The notes beneath the pieces are model-generated. The model had not been told where the DNA came from. It was given only the letters and a program-made list of their open reading frames with translations, and made no database searches. From an uncultured Lentimicrobiaceae bacterium (GTDB lineage: Bacteria > Bacteroidota > Bacteroidia > Bacteroidales > WCHB1-69): a stretch of DNA of 64,000 nt. Each line of letters starts with the position of its first letter. Position 1 is the stretch's first letter. A program made the position numbers and the translations under genes. The DNA is taken from the NCBI GenBank assembly GCA_964610025.1, contig CAZSTX010000002.1, positions 2,752-66,751 of the forward strand, in the 5' to 3' direction. Shown one piece after another: positions 36,490 to 48,587 of the stretch.

Positions 36490-37914
36490 TTATTTTTTTG
36501 GTGTTAATCCTATCTTTTTTGCTTCTTTTAACATATACAAATAGGCATCTTCATATTTATTAGAAATAATTCCATCTAAAATAGCTTCTCTAATAGTATT
36601 TTTTATAATGCCTACTTCTTTACATGGTGGTAAATCAAATGTTTCCATAATAAATTCTCCTGATATAGGAGGTTGAAAATTGCGAATTTTATCTTTTTCT
36701 TCTATTTCTTTTAATTTTAAACGTACTAATTCAAAATTTTTCAATAATTTTCTAACTTTATTTAGATTTTTAGAAGTAACGTCAGCTTCGCAAAGAAGCA
36801 TTAAATCGTCAATATCGTCTCCTGCATCAAATAATAAACGCCTTATAGCAGAGTCGGTAACATGGTCTTCTATCAGTGCAATAGGTCGTAAATGTAAATA
36901 GACTATTTTTTTTACATATTCCATTTTTTCATTTAAAGGAAGTCGTAATTCGCGAAAAATTTTGGGAACCATTTTGGCTCCAACTAATTCGTGTTGATAA
37001 AATGTCCATCCTTGTTCTTCGATATATTTTTTTGTTTTTGGTTTGCCAATATCATGTAGCAAGGCAGCCCAACGAAGCCAAATATTTGACGAATGTTCTG
37101 ATATTTTATCTAATACTTCTAATGTATGATAAAAATTATCTTTGTGCTTGTTCCCATTAATAATATCTACTCCTTGTAAATTAGATATCCATGGCAATAT
37201 TTTAGGTAAAATATCGGTAACATCCATAAGTTGAAATCCAACAGAAGGCTGCTTGCATAAAATTATTTTATTTAACTCATCAACAATACGCTCTTTTGAA
37301 ACAATTAGAATGCGTTGCGATTGCTGTTTGATAGAAAAAAGAGTTACTGGGTCAATACTAAAATTTAATTGTGTCGAAAAACGTATTGCACGCATTATAC
37401 GCAAAGGGTCGTCAGAAAATGTAGTATTAGGGTCTAAAGGAGTACGAATTATTTTATTTTTTAAATCATCTAAGCCCGAAAATGGGTCAATTAATTTTCC
37501 GTAATTTTTTTCTGATAATGAAACAGCAATGGCATTAATAGTAAAATCTCTTCTATTTTGGTCATCTTTTAAATTTCCTTTTGCTACAATTGGATTGCGA
37601 GATGTATTGCTGTAAGATTCTTTACGCGCTCCAACAAATTCTATATCAAATCCTTTATAATGAAACATAGCCGTTCCATAATTTTTAAAAATAGTAATCA
37701 TTTTTTCAGAAATTCCAATTTTTTGAGCAACAGCTTTAGCTAAAACTATTCCACTTCCAATAGCTACAATATCAATATCTTTACTTTCTCTCCCAAGAAA
37801 AAAATCTCTAACATAGCCACCGATTACAAAACTATCAATGTGTAATTCAATACTACATCTGTGAATGATATTGAAAATATCATGTTTAAGCAAATCGGAT
37901 ATATTCTGTTTCAT
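36490..37914 (-). CDS. tRNA nucleotidyltransferase/poly(A) polymerase family protein with HD domain (CCA-adding-enzyme family)
   Basis: GGYVRD...DIDI nucleotidyltransferase head, RDFTINA, HD motif (LLHDIGK). Confidence 0.85.
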   Translation of the reverse strand: MKQNISDLLKHDIFNIIHRCSIELHIDSFVIGGYVRDFFLGRESKDIDIVAIGSGIVLAKAVAQKIGISEKMITIFKNYGTAMFHYKGFDIEFVGARKESYSNTSRNPIVAKGNLKDDQNRRDFTINAIAVSLSEKNYGKLIDPFSGLDDLKNKIIRTPLDPNTTFSDDPLRIMRAIRFSTQLNFSIDPVTLFSIKQQSQRILIVSKERIVDELNKIILCKQPSVGFQLMDVTDILPKILPWISNLQGVDIINGNKHKDNFYHTLEVLDKISEHSSNIWLRWAALLHDIGKPKTKKYIEEQGWTFYQHELVGAKMVPKIFRELRLPLNEKMEYVKKIVYLHLRPIALIEDHVTDSAIRRLLFDAGDDIDDLMLLCEADVTSKNLNKVRKLLKNFELVRLKLKEIEEKDKIRNFQPPISGEFIMETFDLPPCKEVGIIKNTIREAILDGIISNKYEDAYLYMLKEAKKIGLTPKK

Positions 37915-38280
37915 ATGATTGCAAAATTACATTTTTTTTAAATATGGCTCCAATATTTAATAAAATATTAATGCTGATTTTTTATGAAAATAAAAATGCG
38001 TAAAAAAATAAATTTTTCTTGTTTTTTCAGAAAATAATGCAAAAAAAAATCATATTTTTAGTACAGATATTAAAAATTATCTGTTGATAACTCGAAAAAA
38101 AATAGAAAAGTTACTTTTTCTTATAAAAAATTTAGAGAAAAAAAAATAACATAAAAATATAAATACCATATAATCAGTTAAATAATTCTTATAAAATAAC
38201 AATGTAAAAAGCTTTTAAAAAAAAGTATAAAAAAAATACAAAATGGATAATAACAAGTTATTTAGTATTATAAAATGTTG

Positions 38281-38288
38281 TATCTTTG
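38281..38288 (+). promoter_or_regulatory. Putative -7 box (TATCTTTG) for the ribosomal-protein superoperon
   Basis: TATCTTTG, 70 nt upstream of the rpsL ATG, at the end of a 443-bp A-tract-rich non-coding region. Confidence 0.5.
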
Positions 38289-38357
38289 CAATCCCCTAAA
38301 AAAGGGGGTTGTTACAATGAAATTAATTAAAAAATCTAAAAGGAAAATTTAATACAT

Positions 38358-38738
38358 ATGCCTACAATACAGCAATTAGTAAGAAAAGGAAGAACGCAAA
38401 TTAAGTATAAGAGCAAATCTCCCGCTTTGGATTCTTGTCCACAACGTAGAGGAGTTTGTGTAAGAGTTTATACAACAACGCCCAAAAAACCAAATTCAGC
38501 GATGCGTAAAGTTGCTAGAGTAAGACTTACTAATCAAAAAGAAGTGAATGCATACATTCCAGGCGAAGGTCATAATTTGCAAGAACACTCTATTGTGATG
38601 ATAAGAGGAGGTAGAATAAAAGATCTTCCAGGAGTAAGATACCATGTTATTAGAGGAGCATTAGATACTTCTGGAGTTGACGGGCGGCATCAGAGACGCT
38701 CTAAATATGGTACTAAAAGACCAAAAGATAAAAAATAA
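38358..38738 (+). CDS. rpsL: 30S ribosomal protein S12
   Basis: [12 protein letters not shown]...PKKPNSA(M)RK signature. Confidence 0.98.
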   Translation: MPTIQQLVRKGRTQIKYKSKSPALDSCPQRRGVCVRVYTTTPKKPNSAMRKVARVRLTNQKEVNAYIPGEGHNLQEHSIVMIRGGRIKDLPGVRYHVIRGALDTSGVDGRHQRRSKYGTKRPKDKK

Positions 38739-38787
38739 CTTTCATTAATATATATAGTTGAATATTCTTAAAAAATAATAATATAAT

Positions 38788-39255
38788 ATGAGGAAAACAA
38801 AACCCAAAAAAAGAATAATTTTACCAGACCCTAAATATCAAAATTCACAAATTACAAAATTCGTGAATAATATTATGTTAAAAGGTAAAAAAAATATTGC
38901 TTTCAAAATATTCTATGATGCTATTAATATTGTTACAGAAAAAATAAGTGAAGATGGCGTTGATGTATGGAAGCAAGCATTAGCAAATGTTACTCCTTCG
39001 GTCGAAGTTAAAAGTCGTCGAATAGGAGGAGCCACATTTCAAATTCCTTCTGAAATCAGACCAGAAAGAAAACAATCTGTTGGGATGAAAAACCTTATTA
39101 ATTTTGCTCGTAAACGCCACGAAAAATCAATGAGTCAAAAATTAGCAGCAGAAATTATGGCAGCATACAAAGAAGAAGGCGCTGCATTCAAACGCAAGGA
39201 AGACATTCATCGAATGGCAGAAGCGAATAAAGCTTTTTCACATTTTAGATTCTAA
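38788..39255 (+). CDS. rpsG: 30S ribosomal protein S7
   Basis: Length and conserved [11 protein letters not shown] block. Confidence 0.98.
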   Translation: MRKTKPKKRIILPDPKYQNSQITKFVNNIMLKGKKNIAFKIFYDAINIVTEKISEDGVDVWKQALANVTPSVEVKSRRIGGATFQIPSEIRPERKQSVGMKNLINFARKRHEKSMSQKLAAEIMAAYKEEGAAFKRKEDIHRMAEANKAFSHFRF

Positions 39256-39279
39256 TACTTATATTAAGCACTATTAAAA

Positions 39280-41373
39280 ATGGGAGATTTATCGTTCATA
39301 AGAAATATCGGAATCATGGCACACATTGATGCTGGGAAGACGACTACTACCGAGCGAATTCTCTATTATACTGGTGCTAATTATAAATTAGGAGAAGTGC
39401 ACGATGGGACTGCAACTATGGATTTTATGGAACAAGAACAAGAAAGAGGCATCACCATCAATTCTGCAGCTACAACTGTACAATGGCATTATAACCAAAC
39501 TCCTTATAAAATAAATATTATAGACACTCCTGGTCATGTCGATTTTACAGTAGAAGTCGAACGTGCATTAAGAATTCTTGATGGTGCGGTAGCATTGTTT
39601 TGTGCTGTAGGAGGCGTTGAACCTCAATCGGAGACAGTATGGAAACAAGCAAATAAATATAATGTTCCACGCATTTGTTATATCAATAAAATGGACAGAG
39701 TAGGGGCTGATTTTTTCTCTGTAATTTCACAAATAAAACAACGATTAGAAATCAATCCTGTTCCTCTTCAAATTCCAATAGGAGCAGAAGATAATTTTAT
39801 TGGCATTGTCGATTTGGTTACTAATAAAGCATATGCATGGGATGAGCAATCGCAAGGAACTGTTTTTACCGAGATTTCTATTCCCGACGAAATGCAAGAA
39901 GAAGTAAAAAAATATCGTTTACAATTAATAGAAGGCGTTGCAGAAGAAAGCGATGATTTATTAAATAAATATATAGAAAATCCGGATAATATACTTTTTG
40001 AAGATATAGTCCCAGCTATAAGAAAAGCTACAATAGAATTAAGAATAACCCCTGTTTTATGTGGTTCTTCTTTTAAAAATAAAGGCGTGCAACGCTTGTT
40101 AGATGCCGTTGCATTATATTTGCCTAGTCCAGAAGATAAAAATGCAGTTGAAGGAATTAATCCTTATACAAATCTTGTTGAAACGAGAAATCCTAAAGAA
40201 AATGACCCCTTTGCAGCTTTAATATTTAAAATAACAAATGATCCTTTTGTCGGAAAAATTGCTTATTTTAGAGTGTATTCAGGAAAACTATTAGCAGGCA
40301 GTTATATACTAAATGCTTCAACAGGGAAAAAAGAAAGAATATCCCGTATTTTCGAAATGCATGCTAATAAACAAGTGTCTCTTGATAAAATAGAAGCTGG
40401 TAATATTGGCGTCGCAGTAGGATTGAAAAATATACGCACGGGGCATACTATTACTGATGAAAAACACCCTATTTTATTAGAATCAATGAATTTCCCAGAA
40501 CCAGTAATTAGTGTTGCAATTGAACCTGCTACACAAGAAGATGTTGATAAACTAATATTGACACTTCAAAAATTAGTAGAAGAAGACCCAACATTAACAG
40601 TAAAAACAGACGAAGAAAGTGGACAAACTATTCTTAGTGGAATGGGAGAATTACATTTAGAAATTGTATTAGAAAGAATTAAACGCGAATTTAATGTCAA
40701 ATGCAATTATGGAAATCCCATGGTATCCTACAAAGAAGTCATTACAAAATCAGTAACACATCGGGAAATTCATAAAAAACAAACAGGAGGTAAAGGACAA
40801 TTTGCCGATATAGAATTTGAAATATTACCAGCAGACAGTACTATAAGAGGATTAGAATTTATTAATGAAATAAAAGGTGGAAATATTCCAAAAGAATTTA
40901 TTCCTGCTATTAAAAAAGGATTTGAAAAAGCAATGACAACAGGCCCATTATTAGGTTATCCTTTAATAAATTTAACAGCTCGCATAATAGATGGCTCTTT
41001 TCACACAATAGATTCAGATTTTAATTCATTTGAAATATGTGCTTATAAAGGACTGAAAGAAGCAGCAAAAAAAGCAAATCCAACTATATTAGAGCCTATT
41101 ATGAAGCTTGAAGTAATAGTATCGTCTGATTATATAGGTAATGTTACAGGAGATTTAAACAGAAGAAGAGCTATTATTGAAAATATATCAAGTAAACAAA
41201 ACAGTCAAATTATTAATGCAAAAATTCCATTATCAGAAGCATTTGGATACATTACTACTCTCAGAACATTAACCTCTGGAAGAGGCACAGCATGTATGGA
41301 ATTTTCACATTATGAAGAACCCCCATTAGCAATAGTGGAAGAGATAAAAAATAAATGGAAATTTAACTTTTAA
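39280..41373 (+). CDS. fusA: Elongation factor G
   Basis: G1 [10 protein letters not shown]3 DTPGH, G4 NKMD, 697 aa. Confidence 0.98.
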   Translation: MGDLSFIRNIGIMAHIDAGKTTTTERILYYTGANYKLGEVHDGTATMDFMEQEQERGITINSAATTVQWHYNQTPYKINIIDTPGHVDFTVEVERALRILDGAVALFCAVGGVEPQSETVWKQANKYNVPRICYINKMDRVGADFFSVISQIKQRLEINPVPLQIPIGAEDNFIGIVDLVTNKAYAWDEQSQGTVFTEISIPDEMQEEVKKYRLQLIEGVAEESDDLLNKYIENPDNILFEDIVPAIRKATIELRITPVLCGSSFKNKGVQRLLDAVALYLPSPEDKNAVEGINPYTNLVETRNPKENDPFAALIFKITNDPFVGKIAYFRVYSGKLLAGSYILNASTGKKERISRIFEMHANKQVSLDKIEAGNIGVAVGLKNIRTGHTITDEKHPILLESMNFPEPVISVAIEPATQEDVDKLILTLQKLVEEDPTLTVKTDEESGQTILSGMGELHLEIVLERIKREFNVKCNYGNPMVSYKEVITKSVTHREIHKKQTGGKGQFADIEFEILPADSTIRGLEFINEIKGGNIPKEFIPAIKKGFEKAMTTGPLLGYPLINLTARIIDGSFHTIDSDFNSFEICAYKGLKEAAKKANPTILEPIMKLEVIVSSDYIGNVTGDLNRRRAIIENISSKQNSQIINAKIPLSEAFGYITTLRTLTSGRGTACMEFSHYEEPPLAIVEEIKNKWKFNF

Positions 41374-41395
41374 AGTTTTTTTAAATATATATATC

Positions 41396-41710
41396 GTGAG
41401 CGAAAAAATAAGAATAAAACTAAAATCATACGATCATAATTTAGTTGATAAATCAGCTGAAAAAATTGTAAAAACGGTTAATGCAGTAAAAGAAGATGAA
41501 GTAGTTGTTGTAGGACCTATTCCACTTCCAACACAAAAGAAAATATTTACAGTGAATCGTTCGACCTTTGTTAATAAAAAATCAAGAGAACAATTCGAGT
41601 TGTCTTCTTATAAAAGATTGTTGGATATTTATGGAACTACATCTAAAACTATTGATGCTTTGATGAAAATTGAACTACCAAGTGGAGTAGAAGTTGAAAT
41701 TAAAATATAA
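41396..41710 (+). CDS. rpsJ: 30S ribosomal protein S10
   Basis: GTG start, [14 protein letters not shown] signature. Confidence 0.97.
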   Translation: MSEKIRIKLKSYDHNLVDKSAEKIVKTVNAVKEDEVVVVGPIPLPTQKKIFTVNRSTFVNKKSREQFELSSYKRLLDIYGTTSKTIDALMKIELPSGVEVEIKI

Positions 41711-41757
41711 ATAGAGCAATAATACAATAGAATAATAATAAAAAAACATATAAAATA

Positions 41758-42387
41758 ATGTCTGGGTTAATAGGTAAAAAAATTGGGATGACTAGTATCT
41801 TTGATGCCTCTGGTAAAAACATACCATGCACGATTATAAAGGCTGGTCCTTGTGTAGTAACACAAGTAAAAACCATAGAAAAAGATGGCTATGATGCCAT
41901 ACAATTAGCATTTGACGATAAAAAAGAAAAAAATACGACAAATGCATTAAAAGGACACTTTAAAAAAGCAAATACCTCTCCTAAAAGAATTTTAAGAGAA
42001 TTTACCCGCTTTGAAGTAGGGTCAAGAAAAAATCATGGAGAAATTGTAGATGTTAGTGTTTTCTTTGAAGGAGAATACGTAGATGTTTCAGGAATTAGTA
42101 AAGGGAAAGGATTCCAAGGAGTAGTAAAACGCCATAACTTTGGAGGAGTTGGCGATAGAACTCATGGGCAACATAATCGCTTGCGTTCGCCAGGGTCATT
42201 AGGCGCATCTTCATGGCCATCAAGAGTAATGAAAGGAATGAAAATGGCAGGAAGAACAGGAGCTCAAAAAGTTAAAATGATAAATCTCCAAATAGTTAAA
42301 ATATTCCCAGAAAAAGAATTAATTTTAGTTAAAGGATCGGTCCCCGGTCATAATGGTTCATATTTAAAAATTGAAAGATGGAGCTAA
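41758..42387 (+). CDS. rplC: 50S ribosomal protein L3
   Basis: [10 protein letters not shown]...FQGV(V)KRHNF signature. Confidence 0.98.
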   Translation: MSGLIGKKIGMTSIFDASGKNIPCTIIKAGPCVVTQVKTIEKDGYDAIQLAFDDKKEKNTTNALKGHFKKANTSPKRILREFTRFEVGSRKNHGEIVDVSVFFEGEYVDVSGISKGKGFQGVVKRHNFGGVGDRTHGQHNRLRSPGSLGASSWPSRVMKGMKMAGRTGAQKVKMINLQIVKIFPEKELILVKGSVPGHNGSYLKIERWS

Positions 42388-43019
42388 AAGTATTAAAAAT
42401 AGATGGAACAGAAACCGGAAGAACAGTATCTTTAAATGATGCAATCTTCGGAATAGAACCGAATCAACATGTTATTTGGTTAGATGTTAAGCAATATTTG
42501 GCTAATCAACGTCAAGGAACGCACGCTACTAAAGAAAAATCGATGCTATTGGGAAGTACTCGTAAACTAAGAAATCAAAAAGGTGGTGGTAGTGCTCGAG
42601 TAGGAAGTATAAAAAATCCATTATTCCGCGGAGGAGCACGAGTATTTGGACCTCAACCAAGAGATTATAGCTTTAAATTAAATAAAAAAGTAAAACGTCT
42701 TGCAAGAATGTCAGCCCTGTCTGTAAAAGCAAAAGAAAACAATATTGTTGTTTTAGAAAACTTTGATATAGAGGCACCTAAAACAAAAGAATATATTAAT
42801 ATATTACAAAATATTAATCTTTTTGAAAAAAAGACATTATTGGTTCTAAATGAAACAAATAAAAATATATATTTGTCTTCTCGAAATTTAGACAAGGCTA
42901 AAGTTGTAACAGTTTATGATTTAAATACTTACGATATTTTAAATGCACAAAATTTAATTATAACTGAGCAAGCAGCTTCCAAATTCGATGAATATTTTAA
43001 AATTAATGAAAGGAAATAA
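42378..43019 (+). CDS. rplD: 50S ribosomal protein L4
   Basis: Position in the S10 operon, RQGTHATK and QKGGGSAR motifs. Overlaps rplC by 10 nt. Confidence 0.97.
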   Translation: MELKVLKIDGTETGRTVSLNDAIFGIEPNQHVIWLDVKQYLANQRQGTHATKEKSMLLGSTRKLRNQKGGGSARVGSIKNPLFRGGARVFGPQPRDYSFKLNKKVKRLARMSALSVKAKENNIVVLENFDIEAPKTKEYINILQNINLFEKKTLLVLNETNKNIYLSSRNLDKAKVVTVYDLNTYDILNAQNLIITEQAASKFDEYFKINERK

Positions 43020-43024
43020 AAATA

Positions 43025-43315
43025 ATGAGCGTAATAATAAAACCTTTAGTAACTGAAAAAATGACAGCCATGAGCGAAAAAGGAAATCGCTATGGTTTTA
43101 TTGTAGAACGTAATGCTGATAAAATCAAAATTAAAAAGGCAATAGAAACTCTTTATAAAGTAGAAGTAGAAAGCATTAATACAATAATGCAACGCGGCAA
43201 AAATACAAGCCGTTATACTAAAACAGGTTTTATCAAAGGGCATAAAAATACCTTTAAAAAAGCAATAGTGCAATTAAAAGGCGATTATACAATAGATATT
43301 TTTAGTAATATATAA
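43025..43315 (+). CDS. rplW: 50S ribosomal protein L23
   Basis: Operon position, 96 aa, IIKPLVTEK N-terminus. Confidence 0.96.
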   Translation: MSVIIKPLVTEKMTAMSEKGNRYGFIVERNADKIKIKKAIETLYKVEVESINTIMQRGKNTSRYTKTGFIKGHKNTFKKAIVQLKGDYTIDIFSNI

Positions 43316-43331
43316 GAGAATATAAAAAAAG

Positions 43332-44156
43332 ATGGGATTAAAAAAATTTAAACCGGTTACACCCGGACAAAGATTTAAATTAGTAAGTAATTTTACTGAG
43401 ATAACACATACAACCCCCGAAAAGAGTTTATTGTTATCCAAAAAAAGGACAGGAGGACGAAATAATCAAGGTAAAATGACCATGCGCTATTTAGGTGGAG
43501 GTCATAAAAAACAATTTCGTATCATTGATTTTAAAAGAAATAAAGATGGCATTCCTGCAACAGTAAAAACGATAGAATACGACCCTAATCGTTCAGCACG
43601 TATTGCCTTATTATTTTATGCAGATGGAGAAAAGAGATACATTATAGCCCCACATGGATTGGAGGTTGGGCAAAAACTCATGTCGGGAACAGGAGCAAAT
43701 TTAGAAGTAGGCAATGCCTTGTGTTTTGCAGATATACCTCTTGGAACAGTAATTCATAATATAGAATTACAACCTGGTGCAGGAGCAAAAATTGCACGTA
43801 GTGCAGGCTCTTACGCACAGTTAATGTCGAGAGAAAACAATTATGTTATTATTAAATTACCTTCCGGTGAAACTCGAAAAATATTGTCAACTTGTAAAGC
43901 AACAATAGGAATGGTTTCTAACATTGACCATAACTTACAAATATCAGGGAAAGCAGGTAGAAATCGTTGGTTAGGAAGACGACCACGCGTTCGCGGCGTA
44001 GCAATGAACCCAGTTGATCACCCAATGGGAGGAGGAGAAGGAAAAGCATCGGGTGGACATCCAAGATCTAGAACAGGATTATATGCAAAAGGACGTAAAA
44101 CAAGAAATCCTAAAAAAGCATCAAATCAGTTTATTATTGAAAAAAGAAAAAAATAA
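43332..44156 (+). CDS. rplB: 50S ribosomal protein L2
   Basis: [23 protein letters not shown] signature. Confidence 0.98.
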   Translation: MGLKKFKPVTPGQRFKLVSNFTEITHTTPEKSLLLSKKRTGGRNNQGKMTMRYLGGGHKKQFRIIDFKRNKDGIPATVKTIEYDPNRSARIALLFYADGEKRYIIAPHGLEVGQKLMSGTGANLEVGNALCFADIPLGTVIHNIELQPGAGAKIARSAGSYAQLMSRENNYVIIKLPSGETRKILSTCKATIGMVSNIDHNLQISGKAGRNRWLGRRPRVRGVAMNPVDHPMGGGEGKASGGHPRSRTGLYAKGRKTRNPKKASNQFIIEKRKK

Positions 44157-44173
44157 AATAAAGATAAAGCAAA

Positions 44174-44452
44174 ATGAGTAGATCATTAAAAAAAGGACCG
44201 TTTATTCATTATAAATTAGAGAAAAGAGTTCTTGAAGCTCAGCAGTCAAATAAAAAAATGACAATTAAAACATGGTCAAGAGCATCTGTTATTTCTCCTG
44301 ATTTTGTTGGACAAACTATAGCAGTACATAAAGGGAATAATTTTATTCCTGTTTATATAACAGAAAATATGGTAGGGCATAAATTAGGAGAATTTGCCCC
44401 AACACGTATATTTCGTGGACATGCAGGGAGTAAAGATAGAGGTAAAAAATAA
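44174..44452 (+). CDS. rpsS: 30S ribosomal protein S19
   Basis: SRSLKKGPF...[11 protein letters not shown] signature. Confidence 0.98.
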   Translation: MSRSLKKGPFIHYKLEKRVLEAQQSNKKMTIKTWSRASVISPDFVGQTIAVHKGNNFIPVYITENMVGHKLGEFAPTRIFRGHAGSKDRGKK

Positions 44453-44469
44453 AGCAAATACAGAATAAA

Positions 44470-44892
44470 ATGGGAGCAAGAAAAAGATTAGCAGCAGAAG
44501 CAAGAAAAGAAAAAAATCAAAAAGTAGCTATGGCTCGTTTGGTTAACAATAGCACATCACCTCGTAAAACTCGCTTAATGGCTGATTTAGTAAGAGGAAA
44601 AGATGTAGAATACGCTTTAAATGTGTTAAAATATAGCAAAAAAGAATCAGCAGAAAAAATACGTAAATTATTACTTTCTGCAATTGCTAATTGGCAAGCA
44701 AAAAATGAACATGCACGTGTAGAAGATAGTGATTTATATATAAAAGAAATTTTTGTAGATGGAGGAACTATGTTGAAACGTTTACGCGTAGCATCACGAG
44801 GGCGTGGCTATAGAATTAGAAAACGTTCAAATCATATTACCATTATTGTAGACAGTAAAACCGAAAACACAAATCAAATAATAGAAGAGTAG
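44470..44892 (+). CDS. rplV: 50S ribosomal protein L22
   Basis: Operon position, SPRKTRLMADLVRG motif. Confidence 0.96.
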   Translation: MGARKRLAAEARKEKNQKVAMARLVNNSTSPRKTRLMADLVRGKDVEYALNVLKYSKKESAEKIRKLLLSAIANWQAKNEHARVEDSDLYIKEIFVDGGTMLKRLRVASRGRGYRIRKRSNHITIIVDSKTENTNQIIEE

Positions 44893-45627
44893 ATGGGACA
44901 AAAAGTTAATCCAATAGGACTGCGTTTAGGAATTATTAGAGGTTGGGACTCTAATTGGTACGGTGGAAAAAAGTTTGAAGCAAAACTTGTTGAAGACGAT
45001 AAAATTAGAAAATATATCAATGCGAGACTATATAAAGCTAGCATTTCAAAAATTTATATAGAACGTACACTTAAATTAATCATTGTAACTATCAATACAG
45101 CACGCCCAGGTCTTATTATAGGTAAAGCCGGACAAGAAGTTGATAAATTAAAAGAAGAATTAAAAAAACTTACCAATAAGGAAGTACAAATAAATATATC
45201 AGAAATTAAACGCCCTGAACTAGATGCAGTTTTAGTTGCTCAAACAATAGCTAGACAGATAGAAGGACGTATGCTTTATCGAAGATCAATCAAAACTGCT
45301 ATAACATCAACAATGCGTGCAGGAGCCGAAGGAATTAAAGTTACTATTTCCGGACGTATAGGAGGAGCTGAAATGGCTAGAACAGAGCATTTTAAAGAAG
45401 GTTCTACTCCATTACACACATTACGTGCTGATATAGATTACGACCATGCAGAGGCACATACTACTTATGGTCGCTTAGGAGTAAAAGTGTGGATATGTCG
45501 TGGACTTGTTTATGGAAAAAAAGATTTATTCCAACCAACAACAGATACTAAAGAAAACAAGATAACTCCAGCAAAGCGAATAGGACGTGGCAGAAGAGAA
45601 TTAGGTAGTCAAAGAAGAAAAAAATAA
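44893..45627 (+). CDS. rpsC: 30S ribosomal protein S3
   Basis: [15 protein letters not shown]-terminus, KH domain. Confidence 0.98.
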   Translation: MGQKVNPIGLRLGIIRGWDSNWYGGKKFEAKLVEDDKIRKYINARLYKASISKIYIERTLKLIIVTINTARPGLIIGKAGQEVDKLKEELKKLTNKEVQINISEIKRPELDAVLVAQTIARQIEGRMLYRRSIKTAITSTMRAGAEGIKVTISGRIGGAEMARTEHFKEGSTPLHTLRADIDYDHAEAHTTYGRLGVKVWICRGLVYGKKDLFQPTTDTKENKITPAKRIGRGRRELGSQRRKK

Positions 45628-45667
45628 AATTAAGTAAAAAAGTAGAAAACGCTAAATATTATTAGAA

Positions 45668-46093
45668 ATGTTACAACCAAAAAAGACGAAATATAGAAAA
45701 ATGCAAAAAGGCAAAATGAAAGGCAATACCAAGCGAGGTGCAGAAATTGCCTTTGGGTCATTTGCTATAAAAGCATTAGAAGAATGTTGGATAACAAGTC
45801 GTCAAATAGAGGCAGTACGTCAAGCTACTACACGATATATGAAACGTGAAGGACAGTTATGGATACGTATATTTCCCGATAAACCAGTAACTAAAAAACC
45901 AGCAGAAGTACGTATGGGAAAAGGAAAAGGAGCACCCGAATATTTTGTTGCAAGAGTTTCGCCAGGAAGAATATTATTTGAAGCCGATGGCGTTCCTTTG
46001 GAAGTAGCAAAAGAAGCTATGCGTTTAGGAGCACAAAAACTTCCTATTTTAACACAATTTATTGTAAGAAGAGATTATTCAGAAGAAATATAA
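45668..46093 (+). CDS. rplP: 50S ribosomal protein L16
   Basis: [11 protein letters not shown]...RMGKGKG signature. Confidence 0.98.
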   Translation: MLQPKKTKYRKMQKGKMKGNTKRGAEIAFGSFAIKALEECWITSRQIEAVRQATTRYMKREGQLWIRIFPDKPVTKKPAEVRMGKGKGAPEYFVARVSPGRILFEADGVPLEVAKEAMRLGAQKLPILTQFIVRRDYSEEI

Positions 46094-46100
46094 TATAAAT

Positions 46101-46310
46101 ATGAAACAGGCAGTAATATCGGAATTTTCCACGAAAGAATTGTATGAAAGATTGGAGGCTGAAACTCTCCAATTAACAAAATTAAAATTACATCATGCAG
46201 TTTCTTCTATTGAAAATCCAAATAGAATAAAAGAATATAGAAAAACAATCGCAAGATTGAAAACAGAAATACGCAGTCGTGAACTTGCAGAAAAGAAATC
46301 TCAAAAATAA
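46101..46310 (+). CDS. rpmC: 50S ribosomal protein L29
   Basis: 69 aa, operon position between rplP and rpsQ. Confidence 0.93.
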   Translation: MKQAVISEFSTKELYERLEAETLQLTKLKLHHAVSSIENPNRIKEYRKTIARLKTEIRSRELAEKKSQK

Positions 46311-46316
46311 TTGATG

Positions 46317-46571
46317 ATGGAAAGAAATTTTAGAAAAATAAGAGAAGGTATTGTTGTTAGCAATAAAATGGAAAAATCTATAATTGTAGAGGTAGAACGA
46401 AAAATCAAACATCCAAAATATGGAAAATTTCTAAAGAAAACATCTCGTTTTATGGCTCACGACGAAGATCAAAGCTGTAATATTGGAGATACAGTAAAAA
46501 TAATGGAAACAAGACCATTGAGTAAAAATAAATGTTGGAGATTAGTGGAAATAATTGAAAGAGCAAAATAA
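46317..46571 (+). CDS. rpsQ: 30S ribosomal protein S17
   Basis: MERNFRK...[14 protein letters not shown] signature. The ORF track starts at TTG 46311, and ATG 46314 or 46317 is more likely. Confidence 0.95.
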   Translation: MERNFRKIREGIVVSNKMEKSIIVEVERKIKHPKYGKFLKKTSRFMAHDEDQSCNIGDTVKIMETRPLSKNKCWRLVEIIERAK

Positions 46572-46574
46572 GAT

Positions 46575-46943
46575 ATGATACAGCAAGAATCAAGATTATC
46601 AGTAGCAGATAATAGCGGTGCAAAAGAAGTTTTATGTATTCGCGTTTTAGGCGGAACAAAAAAACGTTATGCCCGCATTGGCGATAAAATTATCGTAACC
46701 ATTAAAGATGCAATTCCTTCTGGCAATATTAAAAAAGGGACTGTAACAAAAGCTGTTGTTGTTAGAACAAAAAAAGAAACACGTCGTAATGACGGGTCAT
46801 ATATTCGTTTTGACGATAATGCAGTTGTATTGCTTACTGCCTCAGAAGAATTAAGAGGCACCCGTATATTTGGACCTGTAGCTCGTGAGTTAAGAGATAA
46901 ACAATATATGAAAATTGTTTCATTAGCTCCTGAAGTTTTATAA
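46575..46943 (+). CDS. rplN: 50S ribosomal protein L14
   Basis: [18 protein letters not shown] signature. Confidence 0.98.
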   Translation: MIQQESRLSVADNSGAKEVLCIRVLGGTKKRYARIGDKIIVTIKDAIPSGNIKKGTVTKAVVVRTKKETRRNDGSYIRFDDNAVVLLTASEELRGTRIFGPVARELRDKQYMKIVSLAPEVL

Positions 46944-46965
46944 ATAATTGTAAATAAATAAGAAA

Positions 46966-47280
46966 ATGAAAATACATATTAGAAAAGGAGATACGGTAAA
47001 GGTCTTGTCAGGAGAAGATAAAGGACGTACTGGGAAAGTACTTAAAGTTGAAGTTAGTAAATATAGAGCAATTGTTGAAGGAGCTAACATGGTTTCAAAA
47101 CACAGTAAACCCAGCGCTAAAAATCCACAAGGTGGAATAATAAAAAAAGAGGCATCTATTCATATTTCAAACCTTATGGTAGTAGATGCAAAAGGAGTAG
47201 CCTCACGCGTTGGAAGACGTTTAAATGATAAAAATATACTAGTGCGTTATTCAAAAAAAACAGGAGAGGAGATTAAATAA
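46966..47280 (+). CDS. rplX: 50S ribosomal protein L24
   Basis: [27 protein letters not shown] motif. Confidence 0.97.
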   Translation: MKIHIRKGDTVKVLSGEDKGRTGKVLKVEVSKYRAIVEGANMVSKHSKPSAKNPQGGIIKKEASIHISNLMVVDAKGVASRVGRRLNDKNILVRYSKKTGEEIK

Positions 47281-47837
47281 TGAGTTATATTCCAAGATTA
47301 AAAGAAAAATATAATAAGGAAATAGTACCTGTTATTAAACAACAATTTGAATTTAAGTCGACAATGCGCGTCCCGAAAATTGTAAAAATTTGTTTAAATC
47401 AAGGTATTGGAGCAGCAACTGCCGATAAAAAACTAATTGACATAGGTATTAATGAAATGACAATGATAGCAGGACAAAAAGCTGTCCCCACAAAATCACG
47501 AAAAGACATTTCAAACTTTAAATTAAGAAAAGGAAATCCCGTTGGAGTACGTGTAACGCTTAGAGGAGATAAAATGTATGAATTTTTAGATCGTTTAATA
47601 TCTGTATCAATTCCACGTATTCGTGATTTTAGAGGTATAAATGATAAAGGCTTTGATGGAAAAGGAAATTACTCTATGGGGATTGCAGAGCAAATTATTT
47701 TTCCTGAAATAGATATTGATAAAATCAATAAAATTAATGGCATGGATATTACTATTGTTACAACAGCTCGTAACGACCAAGAATGTTTATCTTTGTTGAA
47801 AGAATTTGGATTTCCATTTAAAAATCAAAAAAAATAA
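47280..47837 (+). CDS. rplE: 50S ribosomal protein L5
   Basis: Operon position and conserved FP(E)I block. TAATG overlap with rplX. Confidence 0.97.
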   Translation: MSYIPRLKEKYNKEIVPVIKQQFEFKSTMRVPKIVKICLNQGIGAATADKKLIDIGINEMTMIAGQKAVPTKSRKDISNFKLRKGNPVGVRVTLRGDKMYEFLDRLISVSIPRIRDFRGINDKGFDGKGNYSMGIAEQIIFPEIDIDKINKINGMDITIVTTARNDQECLSLLKEFGFPFKNQKK

Positions 47838-47838
47838 T

Positions 47839-48141
47839 ATGGCAAAAGAGTCAATTAAAGCAAGAGAAGTTAAAAGAGCAAAATTAATAGCTAAATACGA
47901 AAGCAAACGAAAAGCGTATAAAGAAACTATTCGTATAAGTGAGAATTATGAAGAGATAAAAGCAGCACAAATAGGCTTGCAAAAACTACCTCCTAATTCG
48001 AACCCAATACGTTTACATAATCGTTGTAAATTAACAGGAAGACCTAAAGGTTATATGAGAATATTTGGTATTTCAAGAATAAATTTTCGTGAAATGGCAT
48101 CAAAAGGACTCATTCCTGGAGTAAAAAAAGCAAGTTGGTAA
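47839..48141 (+). CDS. rpsN: 30S ribosomal protein S14 (long, non-zinc form)
   Basis: [13 protein letters not shown]...[13 protein letters not shown]..., ends in W. The start is set at ATG 47839, since the ORF-track start at 47806 lies inside rplE. Confidence 0.95.
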   Translation: MAKESIKAREVKRAKLIAKYESKRKAYKETIRISENYEEIKAAQIGLQKLPPNSNPIRLHNRCKLTGRPKGYMRIFGISRINFREMASKGLIPGVKKASW

Positions 48142-48171
48142 TTACATTAATATTAAGGATAGATAATAATT

Positions 48172-48570
48172 ATGAATACGGATCCGATAGCAGATTATTT
48201 AACAAGAATCAGAAATGCCATCATGGCAAAGCATAAAGTTGTAGAAATACCTACATCTAACATAAAAAGAGAAATAACAAAAATTCTCTTTGAAAAAGGA
48301 TATATTTTGAACTATAAATTCGATGAAGGAGAAAAATATGGAATTATAAAAATAGCATTAAAATATCATCCTATTTCAAAACAAAATGCTATTACAGAAT
48401 TACAACGTATTAGCAAGCCAGGATTAAGAAAATATGTAAAAACAAACGAACTCCCTCGCGTATTGAATGGCTTAGGTATTGCAATTATTTCCACTTCAAG
48501 AGGATTAATTACCGATAAAGAAGCACGCCAACTACAAGTGGGAGGCGAAGTTATTTGTTATATAAGTTAA
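48172..48570 (+). CDS. rpsH: 30S ribosomal protein S8
   Basis: [13 protein letters not shown] signature. Confidence 0.98.
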   Translation: MNTDPIADYLTRIRNAIMAKHKVVEIPTSNIKREITKILFEKGYILNYKFDEGEKYGIIKIALKYHPISKQNAITELQRISKPGLRKYVKTNELPRVLNGLGIAIISTSRGLITDKEARQLQVGGEVICYIS

Positions 48571-48587
48571 AGTAAGGAGAACAAGAT

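Noticed and set aside
39280-41757. Absence of tuf after fusA (and of adk between secY and map) as a possible deletion
   Set aside because: This gene order, with tuf elsewhere and no adk in the spc operon, is the normal Bacteroidota arrangement. The junctions (22 nt fusA-rpsJ, 23 nt secY-map) show no scars.
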